Shown: positions 1-9,638, counted from the stretch's first letter. The stretch: DNA of 64,000 nucleotides from Gaiellaceae bacterium (GCA_045806105.1 JBJMJY010000002.1:2438-66437); one strand, 5' to 3'. Made by a program: numbers and translations. The notes: a model not told the origin generated them from the sequence alone.

Positions 1-863
1 ATCGAGGCGAACACGCGCGGGTTCAGGTCGATCACCGCGAGGCGGCCGTCGGCGAGCTCGAGCAGCTGCAGCTGGAAGATGCCCTGCCACCCGAGCGAGG
101 CGAGCAGCGCCTGCGCGCGCTCGGCCAGCCCGTCCGGGGCGGCGACCGTCTCGGCGTACGCGTGCATGCCGGCGATGGGCGGCCACAGCCGCAGCACCCG
201 GGAGGTGGTGAGCGCGAGCAGCCGCCCGTCGGCGACCACGCCGGAGCAGGAGAGAAACTGCGCGTCTTCGAAGCGCTGGACGATGAACGGGGAGGGGAAC
301 TCCGGGACGGTCGCGGCGAGCTCCTCGCGATCGGCGACGAGCGCGACGCTGCGTTGCTGCAGCCCGCCGTTCACGGGCACGAACGACTGAAGCGGCTTCA
401 GCACGACGGGGAAGCCGAGCTCGGCCGCGGCCTCCTCAGCCTCGAGGAGGTCGGCGCAGGGACGGCTGGTCGGCGTGGCGAGTCCGACGGCGGTTGCGGC
501 TTCGACTAGGACGAGCTTGTCCACGCTGCGGCGCACGGCGTCGCGCGAGGGCAGGCCGAGGTGCGTCGAGCGCTCGAGGCCCTCGCGGTGCTCGGAGATC
601 GCGATCAGGGAGGCGTCGCTGCCCGGGATCAGCGCGTCGTAGCGCCCGCTCCGCAGCAGCTCGCCGAGCTGGTCGACGAACGCCTGGACGTTCTCCCGCA
701 CGTCCGGCAGGCGGATCCGCTCCGCGCAGGCGCGGGACCAGTGCGTTGCGGCCGGCCGGAGGCGCGAGACGGCGCAGGCGCGGTAGCCGGCGCTCGTCAG
801 GCCGCGGCACGCGCCGAGTGCGGCCCGCTCCTCGGCGTCCGTGACGACGACGCTGCCCTTCAC
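1..863 (-). CDS. ATP-grasp domain protein, 5' portion only (gene runs off the left edge)
   Basis: Not in the ORF track because there is no stop in the window. Hand translation of the minus strand from GTG at 863 gives VKGSVVVTDAEERAALGACRGLTSAGY...AAELGFPVVLKPLQSF...LASLGWQGIFQLQLLELADGRLAVIDLNPRV, an ATP-grasp-like layout. The GTG overlaps the stop of the upstream gene (tcac at 860-863). Confidence 0.7.
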   Translation of the reverse strand, partial: MKGSVVVTDAEERAALGACRGLTSAGYRACAVSRLRPAATHWSRACAERIRLPDVRENVQAFVDQLGELLRSGRYDALIPGSDASLIAISEHREGLERSTHLGLPSRDAVRRSVDKLVLVEAATAVGLATPTSRPCADLLEAEEAAAELGFPVVLKPLQSFVPVNGGLQQRSVALVADREELAATVPEFPSPFIVQRFEDAQFLSCSGVVADGRLLALTTSRVLRLWPPIAGMHAYAETVAAPDGLAERAQALLASLGWQGIFQLQLLELADGRLAVIDLNPRVFAS

Positions 864-2083
864 TGGCCCGCGCCTCCGGCCGGGTCGTGGTCGTGCGTGA
901 CCGGCACGGCCGCCGCGCCGATCGCACCGAAGTCGTTGCCGTAGTAGGTGTTGTCGTTGCCGAGGTAGTCGCCGATCGCGGCCCACGCCTGGCCGACGAA
1001 GACGCTGCGGCGCACGACGGTGCGAGTGGTTCCCTCGTCGAGGTAGATGCCGACGTGCGTCGTCCGGACGTACGCGTCCTGGATTACGTTGTCGCTGCTC
1101 GCCGGCTTGTGGCCGAGCGCGACGTTCGACCACTCGGCATTGACGCCCCGGCCGACGTTCGGCCCGATGCGCAGGCGCTGGAAGGTCGTCCCGGTCGTGA
1201 AGTGCTCGACGTAGATCCCGACGGGCGCGCGGTCGATCGCCGCGTCGGCGACACGCGAGCCGCGGGTAGCGGTCCCGGTCCAGATCCCGGTGATGCCGCA
1301 GCTGCGCACGCTGATCCGCCGCGCCGTTCCGGGGCTCCCGAGCCAGAGGCACGCCTCGGCGCGGCCGTTCGAGGAGCCGCGTACCGGCCGCCGGACGCGG
1401 GAGATGGAGAGATCGGTGACCGAGAACGGCGCGTTCGTCCGGTAGCCGACGTCGTTGGGGTCGACGACAACGCCGTAGCTCCGGAAGTTCTCCGCCACGA
1501 TGCGTCGCCCGACGAAGCCGCGCGCCTGGCGAACGAGCAGCCCCGTATCGACGCGCCCGTGGCCGTAGAGACGCGTGTCGAGCACCGAGGCGTGGGAGGC
1601 CGATCCCCAGACGTGAACGATCGAGCCGTCCAGCGTCTTGGCGCGGTCCCTGACGTCGAAGGTCAGGCCGCGGATCGAGGCACCGGCCGGGCCTGCATTT
1701 GCGCCCAGGACGAGTCCGGCCCTCAACACCGTGCGGCCGAGCCGTGCCGCGTAGAGCTGGTCACCGTCGCGGTCGGCGAACGGCCGGGGGTAGTCGTAGA
1801 CACCGGGCGCGAGGACGACGACCTCGCGGCGCCCGTTCGAGAGCGCGGCGGCGAGCTGGTCCGACGAGGAGACGCGGCGAGCGCCCGCGGGAGGGGCGTA
1901 CGGCCTGGGACGAGCGGGGCGCCGCACGACCGGGAGAGCAAGCTCGACGCTGGTCGTGCTCGGCGGCTGAACCGCCGGCTTGGACTCCTCGGCGCAGCCG
2001 GCCTGCGTCGCCGCGAGCAGCGCAAGCGACGCGATCACCACGGCTATGCCAAGGGACGTGACGCTTCTCCCCATGACGCCCAT
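860..2083 (-). CDS. secreted lipoprotein with right-handed beta-helix (pectate-lyase-like) body
   Basis: ORF track, 407 aa. The N-terminus MGRSVTSLGIAVVIASLALLAATQAGC is a signal peptide plus lipobox Cys. The body is Gly/Val/Arg-rich with repetitive short strands, as in parallel beta-helix carbohydrate-active proteins. Start could be 2083 or 2074. Confidence 0.6.
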   Translation of the reverse strand: MGVMGRSVTSLGIAVVIASLALLAATQAGCAEESKPAVQPPSTTSVELALPVVRRPARPRPYAPPAGARRVSSSDQLAAALSNGRREVVVLAPGVYDYPRPFADRDGDQLYAARLGRTVLRAGLVLGANAGPAGASIRGLTFDVRDRAKTLDGSIVHVWGSASHASVLDTRLYGHGRVDTGLLVRQARGFVGRRIVAENFRSYGVVVDPNDVGYRTNAPFSVTDLSISRVRRPVRGSSNGRAEACLWLGSPGTARRISVRSCGITGIWTGTATRGSRVADAAIDRAPVGIYVEHFTTGTTFQRLRIGPNVGRGVNAEWSNVALGHKPASSDNVIQDAYVRTTHVGIYLDEGTTRTVVRRSVFVGQAWAAIGDYLGNDNTYYGNDFGAIGAAAVPVTHDHDPAGGAGQ

Positions 2084-3335
2084 CCACCTCCCGGTGGGTA
2101 ATTACCCATCCGTGACCGCACTCGTCTCCGAGCACGCCGCTGTTCTCGAGGCGACACGCGAGGACGCTCCGCTGAGGTTCGAGACCGTCGATTCAGAGGA
2201 CGCGTTCGCGCGGCTCGGCGACCGGTGGAACGACCTCGTCTACGCGATGCCGCGGCCGAGCCCGTTCATGCTCCACTGCTGGCTGCTGGATTGGTGGCGC
2301 CACTACGGGGACGGGTGCCGCCTCGCCGTGGAGACGGCCTACCGGGGGGAGCGGCTCGTCGGCGCGCTCCCGCTCGTCACGTTCTCGCGCCACGGCCTCC
2401 GCGTTGCGACCTTCGTCGGCGCGCGGCAGTCGTGCCTCGGCGACGTTCTGCTCGCCGAGGGCGAGGAGAACGAGCTCGCCGAGGCGCTCGTCGACCGGGC
2501 GCGGGCCTCGGAGCACGACTACGCCGACCTCTTCGGCCTTTCCACCGATTGCCGGCTCGCGTCGCTCGAGGGGCCGCGCAAGCTCCGGCTCTTCCAGCGG
2601 ATCGAAGCCCCGGTGCTGGACGTCCGCGACGGGTGGGAGACGACGTACCGCGGGAAGACGAACTCGCGCAAGCGGGCGCACCACGGGCGGCGGCGGCGCC
2701 AGCTGGCGGAGCTCGGGAAGGTGGAGAGCGCCGTCGCGCGCACGCTCGACGAGCTGGAGCCCGCGCTCGAAGAGGGGTTTCGCATCCACGAGCTGCGCTG
2801 GCGCGGCCGTCCCGACGGCTCGGGCCTCGTGACCGCCACCGGGATGGAGTTCAACCGCGCGGCGCTCCGGGGCCTGGCCGAGCTCGACGCTACGCGGATC
2901 GTCTCGCTGCTCCTCGACGGAACCGCGATCGCCTTCGCCTGGTACTTCGTGGTCTGCGACCGGGCTTATCTCCACCGGCTGGCCTTCGACCCCGCCTACG
3001 CCCGCTGCTCGCCGGGGCTGATCAATGCGCTCGACACGCTCGAGATCGCTGCCGGCGAGGGAGCCACGCGGATGGAGTTCCTCGGCGGCGCGGAGCGGTA
3101 CAAGGTTGAGCTCGCGGACCGCTTCGAGCCGCTGCACCTCGGGCTCGGCCTCCCCGGCAGTGCCGCCGGCCGCGCGGCCGCGAGCGGGCGGGCGCGGTGG
3201 CTGGGCCTTCGCCAGCGCGGGAAGAGCTCCGCGGTCGCGAGGAAGGTCTACTACGGCTCCGAGCCGGTGCGGCGCCGCCTGGCGCGGCGTCGCGACGTGC
3301 TGCGGCCCAGCGGCGTCCGGCGCGCGGGGGACTAG
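2073..3335 (+). CDS. CelD/BcsL-like (FemAB-fold GNAT) acyltransferase
   Basis: Frame of ORF 1980..3335. Conserved body: PSPFMLHCWLLDWW, FQRIEAPVLD, SRKRAHHGRRRRQLAELG, IHELRWRGRPDGSG, GTAIAFAWYFV, LAFDPAYARCSPGLI, MEFLGGAERYK. ATG 2073 is chosen because 1980 would overlap the divergent gene by about 100 nt. GTG 2112 is also possible. Confidence 0.7.
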   Translation: MTPIHLPVGNYPSVTALVSEHAAVLEATREDAPLRFETVDSEDAFARLGDRWNDLVYAMPRPSPFMLHCWLLDWWRHYGDGCRLAVETAYRGERLVGALPLVTFSRHGLRVATFVGARQSCLGDVLLAEGEENELAEALVDRARASEHDYADLFGLSTDCRLASLEGPRKLRLFQRIEAPVLDVRDGWETTYRGKTNSRKRAHHGRRRRQLAELGKVESAVARTLDELEPALEEGFRIHELRWRGRPDGSGLVTATGMEFNRAALRGLAELDATRIVSLLLDGTAIAFAWYFVVCDRAYLHRLAFDPAYARCSPGLINALDTLEIAAGEGATRMEFLGGAERYKVELADRFEPLHLGLGLPGSAAGRAAASGRARWLGLRQRGKSSAVARKVYYGSEPVRRRLARRRDVLRPSGVRRAGD

Positions 3336-3337
3336 CC

Positions 3338-4252
3338 GTGTCCGGCACCTGGACGCGGCGGGGCGCCATTCCGGGCGTCGGCGCGACGCTCCCGCCTCCG
3401 GTGAAGGCCGGCGTCACGCGGGTGCGCTCGGCGTGGTGGCTCGTGCGGAGCCGCGGCGACCCGGACCGCAGCGGGATCCGGATCCTCTTCTACCACCGCG
3501 TTTCGGACGACGACGACGCGCTGGCCGTCTCGCCGCGCCGGTTCCGCGAGCAGATGGAGCTCCTTGCGGCCGAGGGGTACACGGTGGTCGACCTTGCGGG
3601 CGCCGTCGAGCTGCTCGAGCACGGCATCCTGCCGCCCGAGGTCGTCGCCCTGAACTTCGACGACGGCTACCGCGACGTCGCTGAGAACGCGCTGCCGGTA
3701 CTCAACCGGCTCGGGTTCAAGGCGACGGTCTTCCTACCGACGGGCGTGATCGACGGCACCGCCTCGTTCGCGTGGTACGCGAAGCAGCCGCCGCTCCTGG
3801 GCTGGGACGAGATCGCCGAGCTCGACGGTGCGGGGACGCTCACCTTCGAGGCGCACACCGTTACGCATCCGAACCTGCTTCTCCTGGACGACGACGCGTC
3901 GCGCCGGGAGATCGCGCAGTCGAAGCTCGACCTCGAGGCCAGGCTCGGGCGGCCTGTCGAGGCCTTCTGCTACCCGGCCGGGCTCTTCGGTGAGCGGGAG
4001 CGGGCCTTCGTCGCGGAGGCGGGCTTCCACGTCGCAGTGACCTGCGAGCCCGGGGTCAACGTTCCCGGCGCCGACCTGTTGACCCTCCGCCGGCGCCAGA
4101 TCGACCCGCGCGACCGCCGCATCGACTTCCGCGCGAAGGTGGGCGGCGGCCACGACACGCCGCTCCCGCTTCGCGGCCTCTACCGCCGCCTGCGCTACGG
4201 GGAGGGGTCGAAGCAGCATCCGCCGGCGACCGCGCTCAGCGCAGGTCGCTGA
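3338..4252 (+). CDS. polysaccharide deacetylase (NodB/CE4 family)
   Basis: Motifs ILFYHRV, VALNFDDGYRDV, FEAHTVTHPNL, FCYPAG. GTG 3338 lies 2 nt after the upstream stop and is in frame with ORF 3197..4252. Confidence 0.85.
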   Translation: MSGTWTRRGAIPGVGATLPPPVKAGVTRVRSAWWLVRSRGDPDRSGIRILFYHRVSDDDDALAVSPRRFREQMELLAAEGYTVVDLAGAVELLEHGILPPEVVALNFDDGYRDVAENALPVLNRLGFKATVFLPTGVIDGTASFAWYAKQPPLLGWDEIAELDGAGTLTFEAHTVTHPNLLLLDDDASRREIAQSKLDLEARLGRPVEAFCYPAGLFGERERAFVAEAGFHVAVTCEPGVNVPGADLLTLRRRQIDPRDRRIDFRAKVGGGHDTPLPLRGLYRRLRYGEGSKQHPPATALSAGR

Positions 4253-5592
4253 TGGAGCTCGCGCCCGCTGCTCCCGCCCGCGCGCCGCGCGCCCTGGTGG
4301 CGGGCTGGTGGCTCGGAGCCGCGATCGCGACCACCGCGTTCGCCGGCGCGCTGACGCTGCTCCTCTACCGCAACCCGCCCAGCGCGCTGATCGTCGTCAG
4401 CTTCGCCGTGGTCGTCGTCGGCTCGCTGTGGCTGGCGATCGTCGCCTACGACACCGCCCTTGCGGTCGCGGTCGTTCTCCTGGCCGCGGTGCGCTTCGAG
4501 CCGGCGCCCACCGATGTGGTGTTCGCCGTGCTGATCGTCGTCGGGTTCGTCACGAGCCGCTTCCACCTGCGGCGGGTGATCCCGGGTGCGGTGCTGCTGG
4601 CGGGTGCGTACCTGGCGCTCAACCTGATCTCCGCGATCGCCGTCGCCGACGCACAGCGGGCGGTCTCGTTCTTCGCGATCACGTTCTACGTCGCGTGCTT
4701 CGGCCTCTGGCTCGCCGCCTACGTGACCTCGTCTGCGATCGCCGGCCGCATCACGCGCTGCTACGTCGCGGCCGCGGTCGCCTCCGCGATCGTCGCGACG
4801 CTCGCGCTGTGGGTCCCGTTCCCGGGACACCACCTGCTCACCCGCATCGGGCGCGCCGAGGGCCTGTTCAAGGACCCGAACGTCTTCGGGCCGTTTCTCG
4901 TGCCGGCGGCACTGATCGTGATGGAGGAGATCCTCACGCCGCGCCTGTTGCACGGTCGCCGCTGGACGAAGGTGCTGATGTTCCTGGCGCTCTCGCTCGG
5001 CGTGCTCTTCTCGTACTCGCGCGCGGCCTGGCTGAACCTCGCCGTCGGGCTGCTGGTGGTGCTCGTGATCGTCAGCTTCCGCCGTGGCGGCGGCCGTCGC
5101 GCCGCCCAGGCGCTGGCGATCGTGGTACTCGCGGTCGTCTCCGTCGGCGCGGCCGTCGCGTTCTCCGGCTCGCTGTCGTTCCTCGAGCAGCGCGCGAAGG
5201 TGCACCAGAGCTACGACACGGGTCGGTTCGGCGCCCAGTCCGAGAGCATCACGTGGGCGATGGAGTACCCGTTCGGAATCGGCCCGGGGCAGTTCGAGGG
5301 GCGCGCCCACATCTCGGCGCACAGCATGTACGCGCGAACCCTCGCCGAGGAGGGGATCCCCGGGCTGATCGCGATCCTCGCCCTGATGCTCGCGACCTGC
5401 GGCTGGGCGCTGCGGAACGCGATCCGGGGGCACGACACGTACGGGATCGGCTCGGCGGCGCTGCTCGGAGCGTGGCTCGGGATCCTGCTGAACGGCGCGT
5501 TCGTCGACACGCTGCACTGGCGGCACCTGTGGTTCGTCGCCGCCCTGATCTGGGCCGGCGCCTCGCGCTTCCAGAATCGCGCGCCGGACTAG
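4252..5592 (+). CDS. O-antigen ligase/polymerase (Wzy_C-like) integral membrane protein
   Basis: 446 aa with many hydrophobic segments. It has a LSLGVLFSYSRAAWLNLAVGLLV region and a large loop (EQRAKVHQSYDTGRFGAQ...). The ATG overlaps the upstream stop (TGATG). Confidence 0.8.
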   Translation: MELAPAAPARAPRALVAGWWLGAAIATTAFAGALTLLLYRNPPSALIVVSFAVVVVGSLWLAIVAYDTALAVAVVLLAAVRFEPAPTDVVFAVLIVVGFVTSRFHLRRVIPGAVLLAGAYLALNLISAIAVADAQRAVSFFAITFYVACFGLWLAAYVTSSAIAGRITRCYVAAAVASAIVATLALWVPFPGHHLLTRIGRAEGLFKDPNVFGPFLVPAALIVMEEILTPRLLHGRRWTKVLMFLALSLGVLFSYSRAAWLNLAVGLLVVLVIVSFRRGGGRRAAQALAIVVLAVVSVGAAVAFSGSLSFLEQRAKVHQSYDTGRFGAQSESITWAMEYPFGIGPGQFEGRAHISAHSMYARTLAEEGIPGLIAILALMLATCGWALRNAIRGHDTYGIGSAALLGAWLGILLNGAFVDTLHWRHLWFVAALIWAGASRFQNRAPD

Positions 5593-7080
5593 CTAGGCGC
5601 CACCGTCGATCACGACGTGCCCGAGGACGGGCGTGTCGACGAGGTCGAGCTGGTTCCGGAGCTCGACCGCGTCGCTCGGGTGCAGCCGGTCCGGCCGTGA
5701 CACGACGATCACCGCATCGGCGTGCTGCGCCCACGCGCGCGACTCCGGGTAGCCGACGAACGGCGGGCCGTTGAACACGATGCACGTGAAGCCGGACTGG
5801 CCGAGCTCGGCGAACAGGATCCCGAGCGCGTCGGGGGTCACGAGCGCGGGCGAGGCGGCCTCCCCGGCGCCCAGCACGGCGAGGCTCCCGGTGCGCCGCG
5901 GCGACGCCGACGTGGGCGGCTCGACGATCATCTCGCCCGCGGCCTCGCTGTCACCCTGGCGCGCCGCCGCGAGGATCTCGGCGAGCCCCGGCGCCGGCTC
6001 CATTCCGAACAGCTGCTCGAGCGCCGGGCGCCGGAGGTCGGCGTCGACGACGAGCGCGGTCTCGCCGGCCTGTGCGAGCGCGCGGCTCAGCCCGGCGGTG
6101 GCCTGGGCCTTCGCCTTGTCCGCGGAGGGGCTCGTCAGCATCAGGATGTGCTGCCGCCGCGGCGGCAGCTGGGCGGCGACTACAGCTGCGAGCGCGTCGT
6201 ATGCGTCCCGCTCGCGCAGCGCGGCCTGCGGGTCGCGCAGGTGGCGTCGCGCCTTCGGGATCTCGGTGAGGATCGGATAGCCGGTCAGCCGCTCCAGCTC
6301 CCGCGGCTCGCCGATGCGCGGCGCGATCCGCTCGCGGCCGAGCGCGACGAGCATCGCGACGAAGAGCGCGGCGACGAACGCGAAGGCCGCGTTGCGCACC
6401 GGGCGCGGCGAGTCCGCTCGGCTCGGCGGGTGGGCAGCGTCGGCGAGCTGCAGCTCCGAGCCCGCGGTCGCCTCGCCCAGCGACAGCTCGCTCAGCCGCT
6501 CGCGGATGAGCGCGATCTGTGCCTTTGCCCCCGGCGTGCCCTTCAGGGCCGTGATCGTGGCCTTCAATCTCGTCTCCGCGGAGCGAATACGCGTGAGCTC
6601 AGCGGCCCGCTCCCGGACGAGAAACGCGCCTGCAACGACGTTCGCGATCTGCGCCGCGCGCTTCGGAGTCGAGGCGGACGCTGAGATCGTGACGATGTTG
6701 GCCGTCGGGTCGACCGAGGCCTGGATCTTGCCTGCGAGCGACCCGACGGTCTCCCCTGGAAGGCGGCGGGCGCTGCGCGCGAGCACGTCTCGCGTGACGA
6801 GCAGCTTCTGGATCGTGGCGAGCTGCCGTTCCGCGTCCGTCGTCGTGGCGAGGCTCTGCCCCTCGTCGAACAGGATCGTCGAGTGGGCGCTGTACGTCTT
6901 CGGCAAGGCGAGCGACATCAGCAGGACGATCGCCGTGACGGCCGCGACAATCGCGGCGATCAGCAGCTTCGAGCGCCGCAGCGCGTTGGCGTAGCGGCCG
7001 ACGTCGATCGGCTGCTCGGGTGGAAGGTCGAGCGCGTGGAGCTGGGAAACCTGGGCGGTCGGCTTGTGCTGCTCGATCAT
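5593..7080 (-). CDS. polysaccharide co-polymerase (Wzz/GumC type) fused to a degenerate BY-kinase-like P-loop domain
   Basis: N-terminal Wzz-type TM (LLIAAIVAAVTAIVLLMSLALPKTY), a coiled periplasmic region and a second TM (AAFAFVAALFVAMLVAL). The C-terminal domain has Walker A' (ALVVDADLRRP), but Walker A reads LTSPSADKAKAQAT and Walker B reads CIVFNGPP. GGAGGTGAG Shine-Dalgarno (SD) upstream of ATG 7080. Confidence 0.8.
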   Translation of the reverse strand: MIEQHKPTAQVSQLHALDLPPEQPIDVGRYANALRRSKLLIAAIVAAVTAIVLLMSLALPKTYSAHSTILFDEGQSLATTTDAERQLATIQKLLVTRDVLARSARRLPGETVGSLAGKIQASVDPTANIVTISASASTPKRAAQIANVVAGAFLVRERAAELTRIRSAETRLKATITALKGTPGAKAQIALIRERLSELSLGEATAGSELQLADAAHPPSRADSPRPVRNAAFAFVAALFVAMLVALGRERIAPRIGEPRELERLTGYPILTEIPKARRHLRDPQAALRERDAYDALAAVVAAQLPPRRQHILMLTSPSADKAKAQATAGLSRALAQAGETALVVDADLRRPALEQLFGMEPAPGLAEILAAARQGDSEAAGEMIVEPPTSASPRRTGSLAVLGAGEAASPALVTPDALGILFAELGQSGFTCIVFNGPPFVGYPESRAWAQHADAVIVVSRPDRLHPSDAVELRNQLDLVDTPVLGHVVIDGGA

Positions 7081-7119
7081 CAGCTCACCTCCGAGGGAGC
7101 CTCGTGCAGGGGTCGCGAG

Positions 7120-8460
7120 TCAATTGGCGCCTCGCCGGGCGAGGGAGGCACGGGGAGCGGGCGCGAGCGTTCGCAGGACCGCGAAGTCGCCGGGCTGCGG
7201 AACGACGAGCTCGAGTAGGCGGAACGGTGCATGGCCGCGGTAAATCAAGACCGCGCACAACCCGGCGGCGAGGTATCCGGCGCTCGCCGCGGCCGCGGCG
7301 CCCGAGGCCCCGAAGGGCGGGATCAGCGCGAAGTCGAGGGCGATCCCGACGACGAAGCACGCCGCCGGCGGGATCGACGACAAGGTCGGGAGCGACGACG
7401 CGATCAGCGCGTTGCAGAACACGATCATCGCCGTGAAGCCGATCAGTCCCGGCAGCAGCAGCAGGAACGGCGTCGCCGAGGCGTGGAAGGATGCCCCGAA
7501 GACGAGCGGGATGAGGGGCGGCACCACGGCGGCGCTCACGACGATGCACGCGAGCGTCACGTACGTGGCGGATCTGTACGCGCGCAAGGTCTGCCCGAGA
7601 CGCGGCCCGGCCGCGCTGCGGGCGGCGAGTGGTAGCAGCGCAGTCGAGACCGCGCCCGGGAAGTAGAGAAGGATCTCCGAGAGGTTCACCGCGACCACGT
7701 AGAAGCCGAGCGCGGTCTCCGACGCGAGCAGCGCGAGCAGGATCTGGTCGATGCGGAAGCCCAGCGAATCGGCGAGCGTCCCCAGCCACGCGCGAACGCC
7801 GAACGAGATCGTCTCGTGGAGCAGGCCGAGGCTCGGCAGGCCGAGGCCTTCCCGCCGGATCGCAACCGTGAAGAGCGCGACCGCCCGCATGCCCTGCGTA
7901 GCCGCCCAGACGGCGACACCAAGCGCGACCGTGAGCCCAAAGGACGCCCAGAGGATCACGGCGAGCAATGGGTAGAGCCAGGACGTCACCGCGGTCACGA
8001 GTGCGTGCGTCCTGAACTGGCTGCAGCCGAGCATGAACCGGTATCCGGCGTCCGCCAGGCAGGCCGCGAGGATGCTCGCCGCCAGCACCGCAAGCTCGAC
8101 CGCGCCGACGCCGTTCGGCCGCGCGGCCGGGACCAGCCAGAGCGTCCCACAGACGACGACCGCGCCCGCGAGGCCCATCAACGTCGAGAAGGCAAGGCTG
8201 TTCGTCAACAGCACGCGTCGCGACCCGGGCCGCCGCGCGGCGAAGACCACGGTCGCCTCGGTCACGCCGAGGCGCGCGATCCAGGCGGTCACAAGCGCCG
8301 TCACCGTGAGGAAGGCCACCGATCCGCGGCCAGACGGGCCGAGCGCTCGCGTCACCAGGAGCAGGCCGACGAAGAGCCCCGAGTTCCCGACGATCTGCGC
8401 CCAGAAGAGCAGCGCCGGTCCGCGGCTCGATTCCGGTTGTTCGTGTGCCTGGTCGCTCAC
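7120..8460 (-). CDS. Wzx-like oligosaccharide flippase (polysaccharide biosynthesis / MOP superfamily)
   Basis: 446 aa, about 12-14 hydrophobic segments, N-terminal LLFWAQIVGNSGLFVGLLLVTRALGPSGRGSVAFL typical of this family. Confidence 0.8.
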   Translation of the reverse strand: MSDQAHEQPESSRGPALLFWAQIVGNSGLFVGLLLVTRALGPSGRGSVAFLTVTALVTAWIARLGVTEATVVFAARRPGSRRVLLTNSLAFSTLMGLAGAVVVCGTLWLVPAARPNGVGAVELAVLAASILAACLADAGYRFMLGCSQFRTHALVTAVTSWLYPLLAVILWASFGLTVALGVAVWAATQGMRAVALFTVAIRREGLGLPSLGLLHETISFGVRAWLGTLADSLGFRIDQILLALLASETALGFYVVAVNLSEILLYFPGAVSTALLPLAARSAAGPRLGQTLRAYRSATYVTLACIVVSAAVVPPLIPLVFGASFHASATPFLLLLPGLIGFTAMIVFCNALIASSLPTLSSIPPAACFVVGIALDFALIPPFGASGAAAAASAGYLAAGLCAVLIYRGHAPFRLLELVVPQPGDFAVLRTLAPAPRASLARRGAN

Positions 8461-9636
8461 TCACGTCACTGGAAGCTCCGCGCGGCTGGGCCCGGCGGGC
8501 ACGCCGTTGCGGGTTGCGAGGGGTTGGGGCTCGAGCAGCTCCGCCAGGCGGCGCGCGGCGTCGCCGTGGCGCCTGACCAGCTCGCGCGCGTTGGCCGCGA
8601 AGCGGTCGCGGTGGCGCTCGTACGACGCGGCCAGAGCGAGGATCGCCGCGGCGGCGGCGTCGGGATCGTCCGGCTGCACGCAGAACGGCCACAGGCCGCG
8701 GGTGTAGTAGCCGAGGGCGTCGCCGACGCGGGTCGAGACCACAGGAACGCCTCGCGCGAGCGGCTCGAGGATCGCGATCTGCGTCGCATCCCGCAGCGAC
8801 GTCGAGAGGCAGGCGTGCGCCCCGCCCTGGACCCGCTGGATCTCTTCCCAGCTGCGGGTTCCGCATACCGCCAGCCACGCCCGGTCACGGGAGAGCTCCT
8901 CCAGCGCGCCGAGGAGCGGGCCGCTGCCGTAGAGCTCGAGCCTGGCCGGCCGCTCCTTCCGCACCCGCTCCACGACTTCGACCGCACCGAGCGGATTCTT
9001 CTCGCCGTACAGCCGCCCGACCCAGACGATCGTCAACGGCTCGTCGGGGCCGAGCGGCGTCGGCGCGGGCGGAGGAAGCTCGCGAAGCGGAAACGGGACG
9101 TACGTCGCACCGACGCCGTAGCGGCGGCGGCAGCCGGCGACGCCGGCCCGGGAGAGGGAGACAGGCTCGGAGACCCGGAGCGCCGGCCGAGAGAGCAGAC
9201 GCTCGAACAGCGAGCCGAGCACGCGGTGGTAGAGGAACGAGCTCGTCGAGAACGACGCGCCCGAGCCGTGCAGCACGAAGATCACGCGCTTTCCCCGCAG
9301 CCGTGCCACGAGCGCCGCCGCGTTCGGCAGCAGGTGGCGAGTCCCGTTCGCGACGACGACGTCGGCGTTGCCGACCTCCCGCCAGAGGGTGCTCCAGCCG
9401 TGGACCGGAACAGGCCACCCGCCGCGTCCCAGATAGCGGGTCGGGACAGTCGCGTCGGCCTCCGCGCGGCCGTCGCGCGGCCGGCAGGCAAGCACGCGCA
9501 CCCGCCAGCCCCGGCCGCGCAGGAGCCGGGCGGCGATTTCGACGAACTGCTCGATCCCGCCGCTGCGCGGGAGGACGAAGCTCGACACAAGGAGGGCGCG
9601 TGGGTGGGGCGCCGCAGCCCTAGCAGTGGCGTCCAT
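8461..9636 (-). CDS. GT4-family glycosyltransferase
   Basis: LLVSSFVLPRSGGIEQFVEIAARLL N-terminal Rossmann start; C-terminal half has SLRDATQIAILEPLARGVPVVSTRVG. ATG 9636 (MDATARAAAP) is chosen because the 61 upstream codons of the ORF are Arg-rich filler. Confidence 0.8.
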   Translation of the reverse strand: MDATARAAAPHPRALLVSSFVLPRSGGIEQFVEIAARLLRGRGWRVRVLACRPRDGRAEADATVPTRYLGRGGWPVPVHGWSTLWREVGNADVVVANGTRHLLPNAAALVARLRGKRVIFVLHGSGASFSTSSFLYHRVLGSLFERLLSRPALRVSEPVSLSRAGVAGCRRRYGVGATYVPFPLRELPPPAPTPLGPDEPLTIVWVGRLYGEKNPLGAVEVVERVRKERPARLELYGSGPLLGALEELSRDRAWLAVCGTRSWEEIQRVQGGAHACLSTSLRDATQIAILEPLARGVPVVSTRVGDALGYYTRGLWPFCVQPDDPDAAAAAILALAASYERHRDRFAANARELVRRHGDAARRLAELLEPQPLATRNGVPAGPSRAELPVT

Positions 9637-9638
9637 GC

